This document shows positions 23,916 to 37,244 of a stretch of 64,000 nucleotides of DNA, piece by piece. Made by a program: the position numbers and the translations under genes. The stretch is taken from contig NC_086097.1 in NCBI RefSeq assembly GCF_963921235.1, positions 19,656,001-19,720,000 of the forward strand. The letters are read 5' to 3'. The stretch is from Mobula hypostoma. Lineage: Eukaryota. The notes beneath the pieces are model-generated. The model made no database searches. It was not told where the DNA came from and worked only from the letters and a program-made list of their open reading frames with translations. How positions within the stretch are numbered: position 1 is the first letter of the stretch; every line of letters begins with the position of its first letter.

Positions 23916-25268
23916 TTATTGTCATTTTCCTTTTGTATTTGCACAGTTTACCTTTTGCACATTGGGTGTTTGTCCATCCTGTTGTGTGCAGTTTTTCATT
24001 GACTCTTTTGTTTTGTACTTATTCTGAATGTCTGCAAGAAATTGAGTCTCAGGGTAGTATATAGCGTACTTTGATAATAAATTCACTTTGAACTTTAAAT
24101 ATATTTAATGAGGTGGCCTCTACCGCTTCCTTGGGCAGAGAATTCCACAGATTCACTACTCTCTGGGGGGAAAAAAAAGTTTCTCCTTGTCTTCATCCGA
24201 AATATATTCACACAAATCTTGAGGCTGTGTCCCTTACTTCTAGTTCCACTTGCCAGATTATTCCTTGGAAATGATAACTGGTTCCAGGGTTCTGAGTGTC
24301 TTCATCCAGTAAAGTTGACCTCTAATTCCAGTCTCACCCAACCTCAGTAGAAAAAGCCTGGTTACATTTACCCTATCTATACCTGTCAGAATTTGGTATA
24401 CCTCAATCAAGTCTCCACTCATTCTCCTGTGCTCCAGTGAATGAAGTCACTATTCACTATTCACTATGTTCGGCACAGCTTTGTGGGCCGAAGGGCTTGT
24501 ATTGTGCTGTAGGTTTTCTATGTTTCTATGTTTTCAATCTTTGCCTGTAACTCAGATCCTCAAGACCCAGCAACAGCCTTGTAAATTTTCTCTGTACTAT
24601 TTCAATCTTACTTACATCTTTTCTGTAGCTTGTTGAGCAGAGCGGCACACAATTCTCTAAATTTGATCTCATCAATGCCTTAAACAACTACAACGTAACA
24701 TCCCTCCTCCTGTACTCAATACTTTGAATTATGAAGGCTGATGTGCTAAGTGTTCTCTTTATGACCTTAGCTACCTGTGATGCCACTTGCATGGAGTTGT
24801 GGATCTGAATTCCCGGATCCCGCTTTTCCACTGCATTATTCAATGCCCTTTTGTTCACTGTGCAAGTCCTACTCTGATTTACCCTCACAAAGAGCAACAC
24901 CTCGTACTTGTCTGCATTAAACTCCACAGGCCATCTTTCAGCCTATTTTCCCCAGCTGGTCCAGGTCACCTCAGACCTACACGTAGTACATGGTATCATA
25001 TACATTCTTCGATAACAAATTTACATTGATCTTTGAGGAAGTGGAAGAGTTTGTTTGTGGAAGTGAAAGGCTGCTGGTCAGCTCTGAGATGATGGATTTC
25101 TGAGACATCCCAGTGCATAATTCCTTCAGTGCCTGATAAGACATCCCATTAGAGCAGGGTAGAGAACGAGTGAAGTGTGGGTAGAAAGCTTGACCGTCTG
25201 TATTCCCTCCATGTAATGAAGTAAAGAAGATCTGATTCTGATTGGCTTGCTCTTGTTCTTCTCTCCAG

Positions 25269-25345
25269 GTATGACGCGTTGTCTCCAGGAGAAATGCAGC
25301 GGTTGTCCTTCACCCGACTCTTATATCACCAGCCCAAGTATGCAG
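25269..25345 (+). CDS. ABCD4: ABCD4 coding exon (exon 17 equivalent, ABC signature)
   Basis: ctccag|(W)[25 protein letters not shown]|gttggt; 77 bp. Confidence 0.94.
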
Positions 25346-27125
25346 GTTGGTCTATGATGCTGGAATCTGGAGCAACACACAATCTGCCAGAGGAATTCAA
25401 GGGGTTGAGCAGCATCTGTAGGAGGAAATGGGATTGTTTAACAGGATGCAGGATTTTGACCTGAACCAGCCACCGTTCCTTTTCTCACCTGTTGCTCAAC
25501 CCTCTGAAACTAGCAGATAGTTTGTATGTCCGCTGGTGGTATTGGATGTCCACTCCACAGGCTCGTCAGGGATAGGACCTCCTTGAAATCTGGTATCAAC
25601 TGATTTTTATCCCAATTCTTGGTGCATTCCAATCCCCAGTCCTGGATGTATTGACTGTCAGTTAGGTCAGAGGGGTGGGTTGAGGTTAGATATTGGGGTG
25701 GCGGGGAAAGCATTGGGAGATGTTTGGGATCATGGCGTACATTCTTGTTTCCAGCAGTTAGGGGTCAGTGAACCCAAGTGCTTCACTTGGACAACTTGGC
25801 CTGCTAGTGCCTCCGGCTGTACGGGGCGGAGTGCGCAGTCCCAGGAGCCTGCATTTTACCTCTTGTCAGGTGGCACAGCCTACGCTCGGCAAGCATGAAT
25901 TCAGTTCTTCGCGTCACGTTTATTCATTCAAAACCCAAGTTGGCCCCTTGCCCAGCGTGTTCCACCACTTCTGGTCACATCTGTGCACCCAGAAGGGTTC
26001 TGGTTAAGCTGTGGCCACGGGGCCTTCAACCGTTACCCACAGATGGAAGTGGCTGGCAGTTTTTAGTTACCTACTTGGAACAGAGAATATAGAACACTAC
26101 AGCACAGTACAGGCTCTTTGACCCACAATGTTGTATCGACCTTTTAACGCACTCCAACATCTGCCTAACCCTTCCCTTCACGTAGCCCATCCATGTGCCC
26201 GTCTAAGAATGTTTTAAATGTCCCTAATGTAACTGGCTCTACCACCACTCCAGGCAGTGTGTCCCATGCACCTACCACTCTCTGAGTAACAGAAAACCCA
26301 TCTCTGATATCTCCCCTAAACTTTCATACACTCACCTTAAAAGGAAGTCCTTTGGCATTGGCCACCCTGGGTAAAAGGTCCATTCTCCACCTCTATCAAG
26401 TCACTTCTCATCCTCCTTCACTTCAAGCAGAGCAGCCTTAGTTTGCTTAACTTAAGTTTAAATCTTGCGTTATTTAAGAACTAAAACTTCCTGGAGTTTT
26501 GACAGTGCCCGCTGGTGGCATAGGCTATCGGTATTGCGGAGCTGGGTTGAAATGCAGGCCAGTCAAGTGAGATGACGGTTGTTCATTTCTGCAAGATCCT
26601 CTTTTAAATGGGCAATGCCGACTTGCTGGATGTGTCTGCCACTTGACCAATGATGGCAGCAAGAACTCAGTCACGTGGAGAGGTTGAGGTGCTATTTTAA
26701 GGAGAAGAGTAAGCCCTTCATGGTCATTCTCTATCTATCCATCCATCCATCCATCCATCAATCCAGCACGGTGACAGGCCCAACGAGCCCACAGCACCCA
26801 ATTACACCCATGTCACCAATTAACCTACTAAGCAGTACATCCTTTGATATGAGGGAGGAAACCGGACCACCCGGAGGAAACTCACACAGTCACAGGGAGA
26901 CCAGACTCCTTACAGACAGCGGCGGAATTGAACCCAGGCCACTAGGGCTGTAATAGTGTTAGTGTTACAAATGCTGAGGTGATTGGGTGGGATGATTTAT
27001 TACCACCGACATGGACCATCGGGGCAGGTGTCTGTTTCTCTGCTAAGTTCCATTGTGGGTTGGATGGGGACCATCCGGGCTCCAGAGATACCTCTCCTTT
27101 AAATTTGCACTTTTCCTCCTCCCAG

Positions 27126-27241
27126 TTTTAGATGAAGCTACAAGTGCCCTGACGGAAGAGACGGAAGCTGAGCTGTACCACATCTGTAAACAGCTGGGGA
27201 TGACAGTCGTCAGCGTGGGACACCGTAGTAGTTTGGAGAAG
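27126..27241 (+). CDS. ABCD4: ABCD4 coding exon (exon 18 equivalent, Walker B and H-loop)
   Basis: cccag|(V)[38 protein letters not shown]|gtgggt; 116 bp. Confidence 0.95.
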
Positions 27242-27279
27242 GTGGGTACAATGGTTAGAACACAGGACACACTATATGT

Positions 27280-28410
27280 GGTACGTGGTATATGATGATG
27301 TGGCCATTGCTGAATCATGGCTGAAGGATGGTTGTAGCTGGGAAATGAATGTCAAAGGTTGCACACTGTATCGGAGGGATAGGAAGGTAGGCAGAGGGGG
27401 TGGCGTGGCACTGCTGGTAAAGAATGGCATCAAATCAGTAGAAAGCTGTGACGTAGTATCGGAAGATGTTGAGTCCTTGTGGATTGAGTTAAGAAACTGT
27501 AAGGGTAAAAGGACCCTGATGGCATTTATATACAGACCTCCCAACAGTAGCTGAGATCTGGACCACGAATTACATCGGAGATAGAAAAGGCATGTCAAAA
27601 GGACAATGTTATGATAGTCATGGGAGATTTCAACATGCACGTCGATTGGGAAAATCAGGTTGATAATGGATCTCTAAAGAGTGAGTTTCTTGAATGCCTC
27701 CGAGATGGTTTTTTAGAGCAGTTTGTCATTGAGCCTTCTGCAGATGAGCTATACTGGATTGGGTGTTATGTAATAAACCAGAGGTGATTAGGGATCTTAA
27801 GGTAAAAGAACCTTTAGGAGGCAGTGAGTTGGTGGTGAGGAAGGCAGATGCAATGTTAGCATTCGTTTCAAGAGGTCTGGAATACAAGAGCAACGATGTG
27901 ATGCTGAGGCTTTATAAGGCATTACAAGGTGAGGCCTCACCTTGAGTATTGTAAACAGCTTTGGGCTCCTCATCTTAGAAAAGATGTGCTGGCATTGGAG
28001 AGGGTCCAGAGGAGGTTCACAAGGATGATACCAGGGTTATCATACAAGGACCGTTTGATTTCTCTGGGTCTGTACTGGCTGGAATTTAGAAGGATGAGGG
28101 GGGATCTCAATGAAACCTTTTGAATGTTGAAAAGCCTAGACATGATAGATGTGGAAAGGATGTTTCCCATGGTGGGGGAGTCTAGGACAAGAGGGCACAG
28201 CCTCAGGATAGGTGGAGGCCAGGTCATTGCTTGTGTTTAAGGCGGAGATTGACAGGTTCTTGATTGGCCACGGCATCAAAGGTTATGGGGAGAAGGCCGG
28301 GGAGTGAGCTAAGGAAAGGGAAATAAAGGATCAGCCATGGTTGAATGGCTGAGCACATTCAATGGGCCAAATGACTTAATTCTGTTTCTATGTCTTAATG
28401 TCTTATGGTC
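27280..28410 (+). mobile_element. CR1-type LINE relic: AP-endonuclease part joined to RT C-terminus
   Basis: VAIAESWL...YRRDRKVGRGGGVALLVK, then an abrupt jump at ~27826 to RPHLEYC...RRFTRMIPG. Confidence 0.8.
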
Positions 28411-28881
28411 CTGTGGTATATGGTACATGGTGTATGCTAATTCCACCCACTGTAGCAGCCACCTATTCACTAAATTCCCATCAGGGAGATGCTGCAAGTC
28501 CACCACCACCACCAGGAGCTACATGCCATCTGTGAAGCTTCTTTCCTGTAGCTATCCAGCTTCTCAACAAAACTCATTCAGGTGTAATACCCTAACTGCC
28601 CCCGCACAACGTCTGTTAGATAGTCTTTCCTGCTCTCCTTGTTCTGTTGATAATTATTGAGTCCGTTCATATGTTTACATTTATTTAAGTTTGATTATTG
28701 ACGTTTGCACGTGACCGTTCTGCTAATTGTTGCTTGCTCATGGCTGTTTGCACTATTGTCTTGTAAACTGTTGGTTGCTGTTGTGTTGTCTGTTATGGTA
28801 TTGTCCTGTGTTTTATGCTTGGCACTGAACCACGATCAATTCCAGTATGTTTCACAATAAGGTGATTCTGATATGTACTTT

Positions 28882-29301
28882 GATCAATGCCTCTCATCAT
28901 CTTGTACACCTCTATCAGGTCACCTCTCATCCTCCATTGCTCCAAGACCTGGCTGATGGGGGTCCTTAATGATGGATGGACGTCCGCCGCCTTTTTGAGG
29001 CATTGTTCCTTGAAGTTGTCCTGGATACTGTGGAGGCCAGTGCCTGTGACAGAGCTGACTAAGCTTCCAAGTCTCTGCAGCTTATTTCGATCCTGTACTG
29101 TGCTCTCCCAGCCCACATGTTGGTGCAACCGGTTAGAATGCGCTCCACAGTACATCCGTAGACATTTGTGAGTGTCTTAGGTGACCTATCAAATCTCCTC
29201 AAACTCCTAATGAACTATAGCCGCTGTTGTGCGTTCTTTGCAGCTGCATCAATGTGTTGGGTCCAGGATAGATCCTGAGAAATGTTGACACTCAAGAGCT
29301 T
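28882..29301 (-). repeat. Inverted duplicate of 30145-30564
   Basis: 420 bp, highly similar, and includes the same Rex1/CR1 junction. Confidence 0.88.
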
Positions 29302-30124
29302 GGCTGTGAACGATTAACCCAAGTTCACTTGGCACTGCTGGCTCTGAGGAGTTTGTCATTCACCCCATTACCGCGTGGCTTTCCTCCACAGTCCAAAGAT
29401 GTATGGGTTATTAAGGTAGTTGGTCACATGGATGTAATTGGATGGTGCAGACTCATTGGGCTGGGAGGGCTTGTTACCCCGTTGTGTTTCTAGGTAAAAT
29501 TAAAATCAAGATCTAGGGAGTGAAGGTTTAAGGTGAACAGGGAAAGATTTGATAGGAACCTCCCCCAGTCTCATGACCTACCCATCACATCTCTTTGGTT
29601 CTCCTCTCCTTCCCTTAGTTCGATGGTCAGATTCCTCCTCCTCCAGCTCTTTGCCTCTTCCACCTATCACCTCCCAGCTTCTCACATCATTCCCTTTAAT
29701 CCCCCCTTCCCTACCCCCCCCTTACTTATTCTCACCTATTTATCTGCCATCTGGTGCTGCTGCCCTTTCCCCCACCTTTTTATTCTGGTTTCTGTATTCC
29801 ACATTTCCAGCCTTGGTGAAGTGTCTTGGCCCAAAACGTTAACAGTTCCTTTCACTCAGCAGGTGCTGCCTGACCTACTGAAACCCCGCAGCATTTTGAT
29901 TGTGTGTTGTTTATTAGGAACTTTTACATCCAGAGGAAGTGGTTGAGACAAGTACATTAACATTTAAAAGATACCTCAAATACGTACATGGGTAGGAAAG
30001 GGTTAGAGGGATTTGGGCCAAATGGGAGAAGATTAAACAGGCATCCTGGTCACTGTGGACCAGAAGGTCCTGTTTCTGTGCTGTATTGCTCCATGAATCC
30101 TCATCGAGGGATCAGAAGTGGAAG

Positions 30125-31140
30125 GAGGGAAAGAGAGAAATTTCAAGTTCTTGGGTGTCAACATCTCTCAGGATCTATCCTGGACCCAACACATCGATGC
30201 AGCTACAAATAAGGCACAACAGCGGCTATATTTCATTAGGGGTTTGAGGAGATTTGATATGTTACCTAAGACACTCACAAATGTCTACGGATGTACTGTG
30301 GAGCGCATTCTAACTGGTTGCACCAACATGTGGGCTGGGAGAGCACAGCACAGGATCGAAATAAGCTGCAGAGACTTGGAAGCTTAGTCAGCTCTGTCAC
30401 AGGCACTGGCCTCCACAGTATCCAGGACAACTTCAAGGAACAATGCCTCAAAAAGGCGGCAGACGTCCATCCATCATTAAGGACCCCCATCACCCAGGCC
30501 TTGGGGCAATGGAGGATGAGAGGGGACCTGATAGAGGTGTATAAGATGATGAGAGGCATTGATCGTGTGGATAGTCAGAGCCTTTTTCCTAGGGCTGAAA
30601 TGGCTAGCACGAGAGGGCAGTTTTAAGGTGCTTGGAAGAAGGTACAGGGGAGATGTCAGGGGGTAAATTTTTTTACGCAGAGAGTGGTGAGAGCGTGGAA
30701 TGGGCTGCCGGCGACAGTGGTGGAAGCAGATACGATAGGGTCTTTTAAGAGACTCCTGGATAGGTACATGGAGCTTAGAAAAATAGAAGGCTATGGGTTA
30801 CCCTAGGTAATTTCTAAGGTAAGGACTCAGCTTTGTGGGCCAAAGGGCCTGTATTGTGCTGTAGGTTTTCTACGTTTCTCATCGCCATTGGCAGGGAAGA
30901 GAAACAAAGGTCTGAATGTACACACTCAATGATTCAGGAACAGCTTCTTCCCCTCTACCTTCTGATTCCTGAATGGACATTGAACCTATGAACACTACCT
31001 CACTACTTTTTTTAGTTCTATCTGCACTACTAATTTAATTCAATTATCTTACAATTTTTTTTCTCTTTTTATGCATTGCTGCCGCAAATACAACAAATTT
31101 CACATCGGCCGATGATAATTCAGCGTGATTCTGATTCTGA
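30125..31140 (+). mobile_element. Rex1/Babar relic with nested CR1 3' end (~30500-30880)
   Basis: FKFLGVNISQDLSWTQHI...KAQQRLYFIRGL; CR1 RMRGDLIEVYKMMRGID; GATTCT tail. Confidence 0.75.
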
Positions 31141-31380
31141 ATTGTGAATCTGTGACTCCAGTTCCAACCATTGTGGTTGATCATTAAGTGCTCTCTGAAA
31201 GTGACAAGGACTCTTTTCAACTCATGTTCTCCATATTAGTTTTATTGCACAGTTTGTCTTCTCTTGGACAGTTTGTCAGTCTTTGTTTATTTATCATTGT
31301 TTTGAAAAATTCTATTGTATTTCTTTTTTTTCCTGTAAATGCCTGCAAGAAAATGAATCTCATTAGTATATGGTAACATA

Positions 31381-31971
31381 CGCTCAGTGGCCACTTTATT
31401 AGATACACTGGTACACCTGCTCATTAATGCAATTATCTAATCAGCCAATCATATGGCAGCAACTCAGTGCATAAAAGCATGGAAACATGGTCAAGAGGTT
31501 CATTTGTTCAGACCAGACATCAGAATGGGGTAGAATTCTGATCTAATTGGCATTGACCATGGAGTAATTGTTGGCGCCAGATGGGGTAGTTTGAGTATCT
31601 CAGAAATGAATGATCTCCTGGGAACTTCATGCACAACAGCTTCTAGAGAGAGCTTCCCAACCTTTTTTATGCCATGGACGCCGGTTTAGGAACCCTGTTC
31701 AGATATTACAGAGAATGGTGCAAAAAAAAACATTCAGTGAGAGGCAGTTGTATGGGCAAAAACGCCTTGTTCATGAGAGTGATCAGAGGAGAATGGCTGG
31801 AGTGGTTCAAGCTGACAGGAAGGCGACAGTAACTCACTACACATTACAACAGCGGTGTGCAGAAGAGCATCTCTGAATGCACAACATGTCAAACCCTGAA
31901 GTGGATGGGCTACAGCAGCCGGAGACCACTCCGGCTTCCACTCCTGTACCTGATAAAGTGGCCACTGAGTG
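31381..31971 (+). mobile_element. Internally deleted Tc1-like transposon
   Basis: TA-flanked TIRs CGCTCAGTGGCCACTTTATTAG / CTGATAAAGTGGCCACTGAGTG; remnant GQKRLVHESDQRRMAGVVQADRKATVT. Confidence 0.85.
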
Positions 31972-32347
31972 TATGGACTTCGATAATAAATTTATTTGTA
32001 CTTTGAAGCTGCTCAGTTGGCAGTAAGCAATATTGTGGGTGTAGCTATACCTCACGGACTGCAGTGGTTCAAGAAGGCAGCTCACTGTCACCTTCTCAAC
32101 CAACAATTGCAGATAGACAAATGCTCGCTCAGCCTGCGAACCCCACACCCCAATCACCCAGTTCATAAATGAATAAAACAGGCCACTTGGTCCATTGACT
32201 GTACTGGCTGTCTGAGGAACAATCCAGGGTGAGGGATTAAGATGCAAGGACAGGAAGGGAAGGTGTAGTGGTATTGTTGAGGCGATGGGTAACCATCCCA
32301 ACAGCACAATAAGCTGATCAGTTTGTACTTCTCTTCTCTTCCGACAG

Positions 32348-32419
32348 CATCATGACTCTGTGTTGAACCTGCTGGGAGGTGGAAGGTGGGAGCTGACCGA
32401 AGTCCAGCACAGCAGCTGA
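32348..32419 (+). CDS. ABCD4: ABCD4 last coding exon
   Basis: cgacag|HHDSVLNLLGGGRWELTEVQHSS* (TGA 32417-32419). Confidence 0.9.
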   Translation, partial: HHDSVLNLLGGGRWELTEVQHSS

Positions 32420-33674
32420 TCTCTCCTAGGGCCAGACTTGCATGCAATCCAGCTGATGCCTCGTCACACGATCACGTGCCCAGATTGGAGCCTCTACCTC
32501 ACATTCCCTCCCCTCCTCTTTTACTTCACAGGAGGGAGGTTTACAATACTTTGGTAAATTTTGATCATCAATGCCATGGGAACACCAGCACTCTTACCTC
32601 CATGGCTAAGAGGACAATATTGTACAATCTTGTATTTCAGTATTAACTTGGATCCCCTCTTGTCAAATGTCTACTCAAACTAATTCTACCTCAGCCTCCA
32701 GAGGAAGAGACTCTGTTTTGCTAAGAACTACTGAATAATGCTGTAAAGAACCTTCTTAAATCATGGCTTTAGTTCTCCTTGCCCTCCTATGACAGATATG
32801 AACGGAGGCTCAGACTCAGTTTGGAGAGTTGGGTCCGCACCCCGCGCGTTTCAGTTTTTAACTAACCGTTCAGAATGGATGGAGAGGGAGGGTTGATGAG
32901 TTGCAAAATACTTCGGAGAATTTTATTGAAATGTGCATTGAGGATGAAGTACTTGATTGACACTCTTTCAAAACCATGTGCAAGTTATTAAGAGGATTAT
33001 TTTTAAAAAGTTTTGAAGTGTAGCTGGGTGTTAGTAGGCTGATTATTGTGGCATTGAACAGTTCAAGCTTGACTTTAACACAGTGCTGCAGACTACTTAG
33101 GGAGTGTACAGCTGAAGAGAGTGTGGCATTCTGTGATGGCTTCTAGATTCCAGAGGTCCTCCACTGTATTGTCCTCATTGTGGTCGTCTTGCTCTCTCTG
33201 CTGAGGGTTACATATTAGAAAAAAAATGACTGATAAAACTGCACCACTGTAAATAGGCCCTGCCTGTCCCTCCTTGCTTGGCATTATTGTTAGAGCAAGT
33301 CATAGAGTCAAACAGCACAGAAACAGGGCCTTTGGCCCAACTGGTCCATGCTGACCAAGCATCCAGTCTAAGCTTATCCTATTTGCCCATGTTTGGCCCA
33401 TTTCTCTGAGACTTTCTTATCCATGTAACTGTCCAAGTGCCTTTTAAGTATTGGTAACATACTGCAGCTGCCCCAACCACTTCCTTTAGCACCTTTTTCC
33501 GTATGTGGACCACTCTTGGTGGAAGAAGTTACCCCTCAGCCTCCTATTACTCCCTCCTCACCTTAAACACACACAGAGTTCTTGATTTCCAGACCCTGAG
33601 GAAAAGACTGTGTGCATTTGCCCCATCTATGCCCCAACTAGCTAAAACTCAGACCTCCAAAAGCCAACCACTCC

Positions 33675-33870
33675 ACAATGCTGGAGGACCTCAGCAGCAT
33701 CTTTGGAGGGGAGGGGAATAAACAGTTGTCGTTTCAGACCGAGACATATTGGGAACATCGGAAATGTCAATTGCTTACTCCCATCCATAGATGCTGCCTG
33801 ATCTGCTGAGTTCCACCAGCATTTTGTGTGTTGGCCAGGCTTTCCAGCATCTGCAGAATCTCTTGTGTTT
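33675..33870. mobile_element. Decayed palindromic Penelope pseudo-LTR
   Basis: Imperfect inverted arms plus tail TTTCCAGCATCTGCAGAATCTCTTGTGTTT. Confidence 0.65.
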
Positions 33871-34267
33871 ATGATTCACAGAGGTACTGTTGTGTTGTCT
33901 CTTTAAGTCGTCAGTTTCAGGACGGAGGCGATAAACTAGGAGACCCAGAGAAAAAATACACGTTGCTAACATTGTAATGCTGACTCCATCATGGCACTCC
34001 TAAACACCCACCAAGGCACCTCAACTGAATATCCTAATCATGCTTAAACAGTAAAATAATTAAATAAGTCTCAGTAACAAATGGCTTGTGTCACTGTCAA
34101 AGGTGAGAAAGGTTAAAAAAAAATCTTCAAACTCCACATAAAAGACTTGCTGAGACTGGGAATCTTGCTCAACAAGCTGGTTAAAAGGGAGAACGTTGTT
34201 CAGAGTCACTCACAGTAGGGAGGAAACAGGTGCTTGATGTTACTGGACCAATACTAGGAAACTAAGA

Positions 34268-34470
34268 GCAACACACACAAAATGTTGGAGGCACTCAGGA
34301 AGTCAATATGCACGGAAAGGAATAAGCAGTCAACATTTCAGGCTTGATGAAGGATCTCAGTCTGAAATGCAACTGTATTCCACTCTATCGATGCTGCCTG
34401 ACCTGCTGAGTACTTCAAACATTTTGTGAGAATTGCTTTGGGTTTCCAGCAACTGCAGAATCTCTTGTGA
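34268..34470. mobile_element. Decayed palindromic Penelope pseudo-LTR
   Basis: Imperfect arms, TTGATGAAGGATCTCAGTCTGAAA remnant, same tail. Confidence 0.65.
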
Positions 34471-34748
34471 CTCGCAAATGAAACCTGCGGAAATGAAAAC
34501 CCACTGACTTGGAAATACTTTTCTGCCCAGATTCTCTCTCTCTGAGTATCAATGAGTATTTCTGTCATTTTCTGTTTCTATTTAAGGAAAGATGGAGTGA
34601 GGAAATCAGGTAGGTTTTAAAGCAATTATGGAATCATTAGTTAAATTGAGAAGGCAGTTCAGGGAAAACAACTATCAAATGACAGACAACACACATAAAA
34701 GTTGCTGGTGAACGCAACAGGTCAGGCAGCATCTCTAGGAAGAGGTGC

Positions 34749-34784
34749 AGTCGACGTTTCAGGCCGAGACCCTTCGTCAGGACT
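34749..34784 (-). ncRNA. Minimal type-I hammerhead ribozyme
   Basis: Minus strand AGTC-CTGACGA-AGGGTCTCGGCCT-GAAA-CG-TC^GACT. Confidence 0.8.
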
Positions 34785-35415
34785 AACTGAAGGAAGAGTG
34801 AGTAAGGGATTTGAAAGTTGGAGGGGGAGGGGGAGATCCAAAATGATAGAAGACAGGAGGGGGAGGGATAGAGCCAAGAGCTGGACGGGTGATAGGCAAA
34901 AGGGATACGAGAGGATCATGGGACAGGAGGTCTGGGAAGAAAGACAAGGTGGGGGGGGACCCAGAGGATGGGCAAGGGGTATATTCAGAGGGACAGAGGG
35001 AGAAAAAGGAGAGAGAGAGAAAGAATGTGTGTATAAAAATAAGTAACAGATGGGGTACGAGGGGGAGGTTGGGCATTAGCGGAAGTTAGGGAAGTCGATG
35101 TTCATTAGCGGCAGTTAGAGAAGTCTGTTCCCCACCTCCCCCTCGTACCCCATCTGTTACTTATTTTTATACACACATTCTTTCTCTCACCTTTTTCTCC
35201 CTCTGCCCCTCTGAATATACCCCTTGCCCATCCTCTGGGTCCCCCCCCCTTGTCTTTCTTCCCGGACCTCCTGTCCCATGATCCTCTCGTATCCCTTTTG
35301 CCTGTCACCTGTCCAGCTCTTGGCTCTATCCCTCCCCCTCCTGTCTTCTCCTATCATTTTGGATTTCCCCGTCCCCCTCCAACTTTCAAATCCCTTACTC
35401 ACTCTTCCTTCAGTT

Positions 35416-35451
35416 AGTCCTGACGAAGGGTCTCGGCCTGAAACGTCGACT
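35416..35451 (+). ncRNA. Minimal type-I hammerhead ribozyme
   Basis: AGTC-CTGACGA-AGGGTCTCGGCCT-GAAA-CG-TC^GACT; predicted cut after 35447. Confidence 0.8.
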
Positions 35452-36250
35452 GCACCTCTTCCTAGAGATGCTGCCTGGCCTGCTGCATTCACCAGCAACT
35501 TTTATGTGTGTTGCTTGAATTTCCAGCATCTGCAGAATTCCTGTTGTTTGCGATCAAATGACAGACAAAAGGTTTCCAGTAAAAGAAGCAGTGGGGTTAA
35601 TGTTACAATAAAGGGACGAGCATAAGAAAAGATGCATCATTGAGGTTTGGAAGCTCGGAGAGGAGGTGAGAGAAATGGTGTCCTCAAAGATTGTTAAATG
35701 TTAGCTGTGAAGTGAACCCTGAGTTACTGTCCTGGCAGGCTTGAAAGAAATCAATATGGAGGGAGTGTAAAATGGAGATCTTTGAGAACTGAAGAGGTAA
35801 ACAGTGCTTTCTGTAGTCCTGCTGGGCGTGTCACAAGGACCGTGGTGCTCAGGTTAACATGCAGTTGGATAGAAAATAGAAGAAATAAGCTATTCAAGCA
35901 TCCCCCGCCATTCCAATACAATCAGGCTGAGCCTCTGTCGCAACACCGTACTCCCACACCTCCTGAGGACATGTTTAGAAATCCTATCAACTATTTCAAA
36001 TCATAGAAATAAGCTCTTTGGCCCAACTCATCCATGTCAACCTCAGCTAGCCCCATTTAACCATATCAATCAAAACCTTCCCTACCTATGTACCTGCCTC
36101 AATGTCTTTTAAACAGTGTAATTGTACTCACCTCTACCACTTTGCTCTGGCAGTTCCTTCCATGTACTCACAACGCACCTGTGGAAGAACTTATTCCTCA
36201 ATTCCCATTCACCCTCCTAATTTTGGACTCCCCTACCATGGGAAAAGCAC

Positions 36251-36832
36251 TAACACACTGTAACGTTTCACTGCTAATGGCTTCTCTGTAATATTCCACT
36301 GCTGAGGTAATGGTTTCTCCCTGTAGCAGCAATGTTTGGGTCATGACCAGAGATAATGGGGCATGCTAGCCAATGAGCAGGATGTTGTTCTTTCTTATGT
36401 GTCTGGGAGGCAGGAATTAGCAGTGTTTCGCCGGAGAGAGATGAGCAGAGAAGACGCGAATGGAAAGTGATGGACGACCTCAGACGGAGTGGACTTGGAG
36501 CGAGGGTCCGAAGGTCAGTGACGATTGGAGGAGGTCGATGGTGGACGAACGGCCTCATCCGTGAGCTCCAAATTTGTGCATTTGACTGTTTCATGAGAAT
36601 GGGCCCTTTTTCTTCTTTTGTTTTCTTTACTAACCATATAGTCGAATTAAGAATTATAAAGCTCAATCGTTTAATCGCATATTGTGTACTGTTTGTTATT
36701 TCATGGTACTGATTTGTAACATCACGCAGCATCCACCCAAATGAGATTTCTTAAGTTTGGCCGGTGGCGGGGCGGGGGGGGGGGGGCACTATCATCCCCT
36801 ATATTAAGCTGCTAGCCAAAGCAAGAGTTACA
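36251..36832. mobile_element. Probable solo LTR
   Basis: TGTAAC (36259) ... GTTACA (36832) termini, CCAAT box, interrupts a CR1 relic; TSD not clean. Confidence 0.5.
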
Positions 36833-37244
36833 ACTGTAACCATTCTGTTATTTACACCTCTCACAATTTTATATAAGGTCACCTCCCCCAACCCCCTACA
36901 CCACTTTGAAGAATAAAGCTGCAGTCTCTCCAGTTCCAATATCCTTGTGAACCTTGTACACCATACCCAGCTTAATGGCATCCTTCCTACAGTCTGGCAA
37001 TTAGAAATGCACACAATACTCCCAAGTGTGGTCTCACCAACATCTTGTACAGCTGTAACATGATTTCCTCTCTTGTACTCTTGACAGATGCCGTGTGCAA
37101 AATGCTGCCTTTGCCATCCTGTCTACCCATTTTTGCCTCTTTCAAGGAACTACATACTTGCACCTGTAAGTGTCTCTGCTCTACAACACTCTCCAGTGCC
37201 TTACATTCACTGTGTAAACCCTGCCCCGGTTTCATCGCCATTGT

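Larger units (their letters stand above)
34690..35552. mobile_element. Large fold-back Penelope insertion (~400-bp arms)
   Basis: Left arm is the reverse complement of the right arm; 16-bp TSD ATCAAATGACAGACAA at 34674-34689 and 35553-35568; GIY-YIG end MNIDFPNFR* at the centre on -. Confidence 0.9.

Noticed and set aside
32420..34100. ABCD4 polyadenylation signal
   Set aside because: Candidates (AATAAA ~33717 inside a repeat, ATTAAA ~34059) cannot be distinguished without 3'-end data
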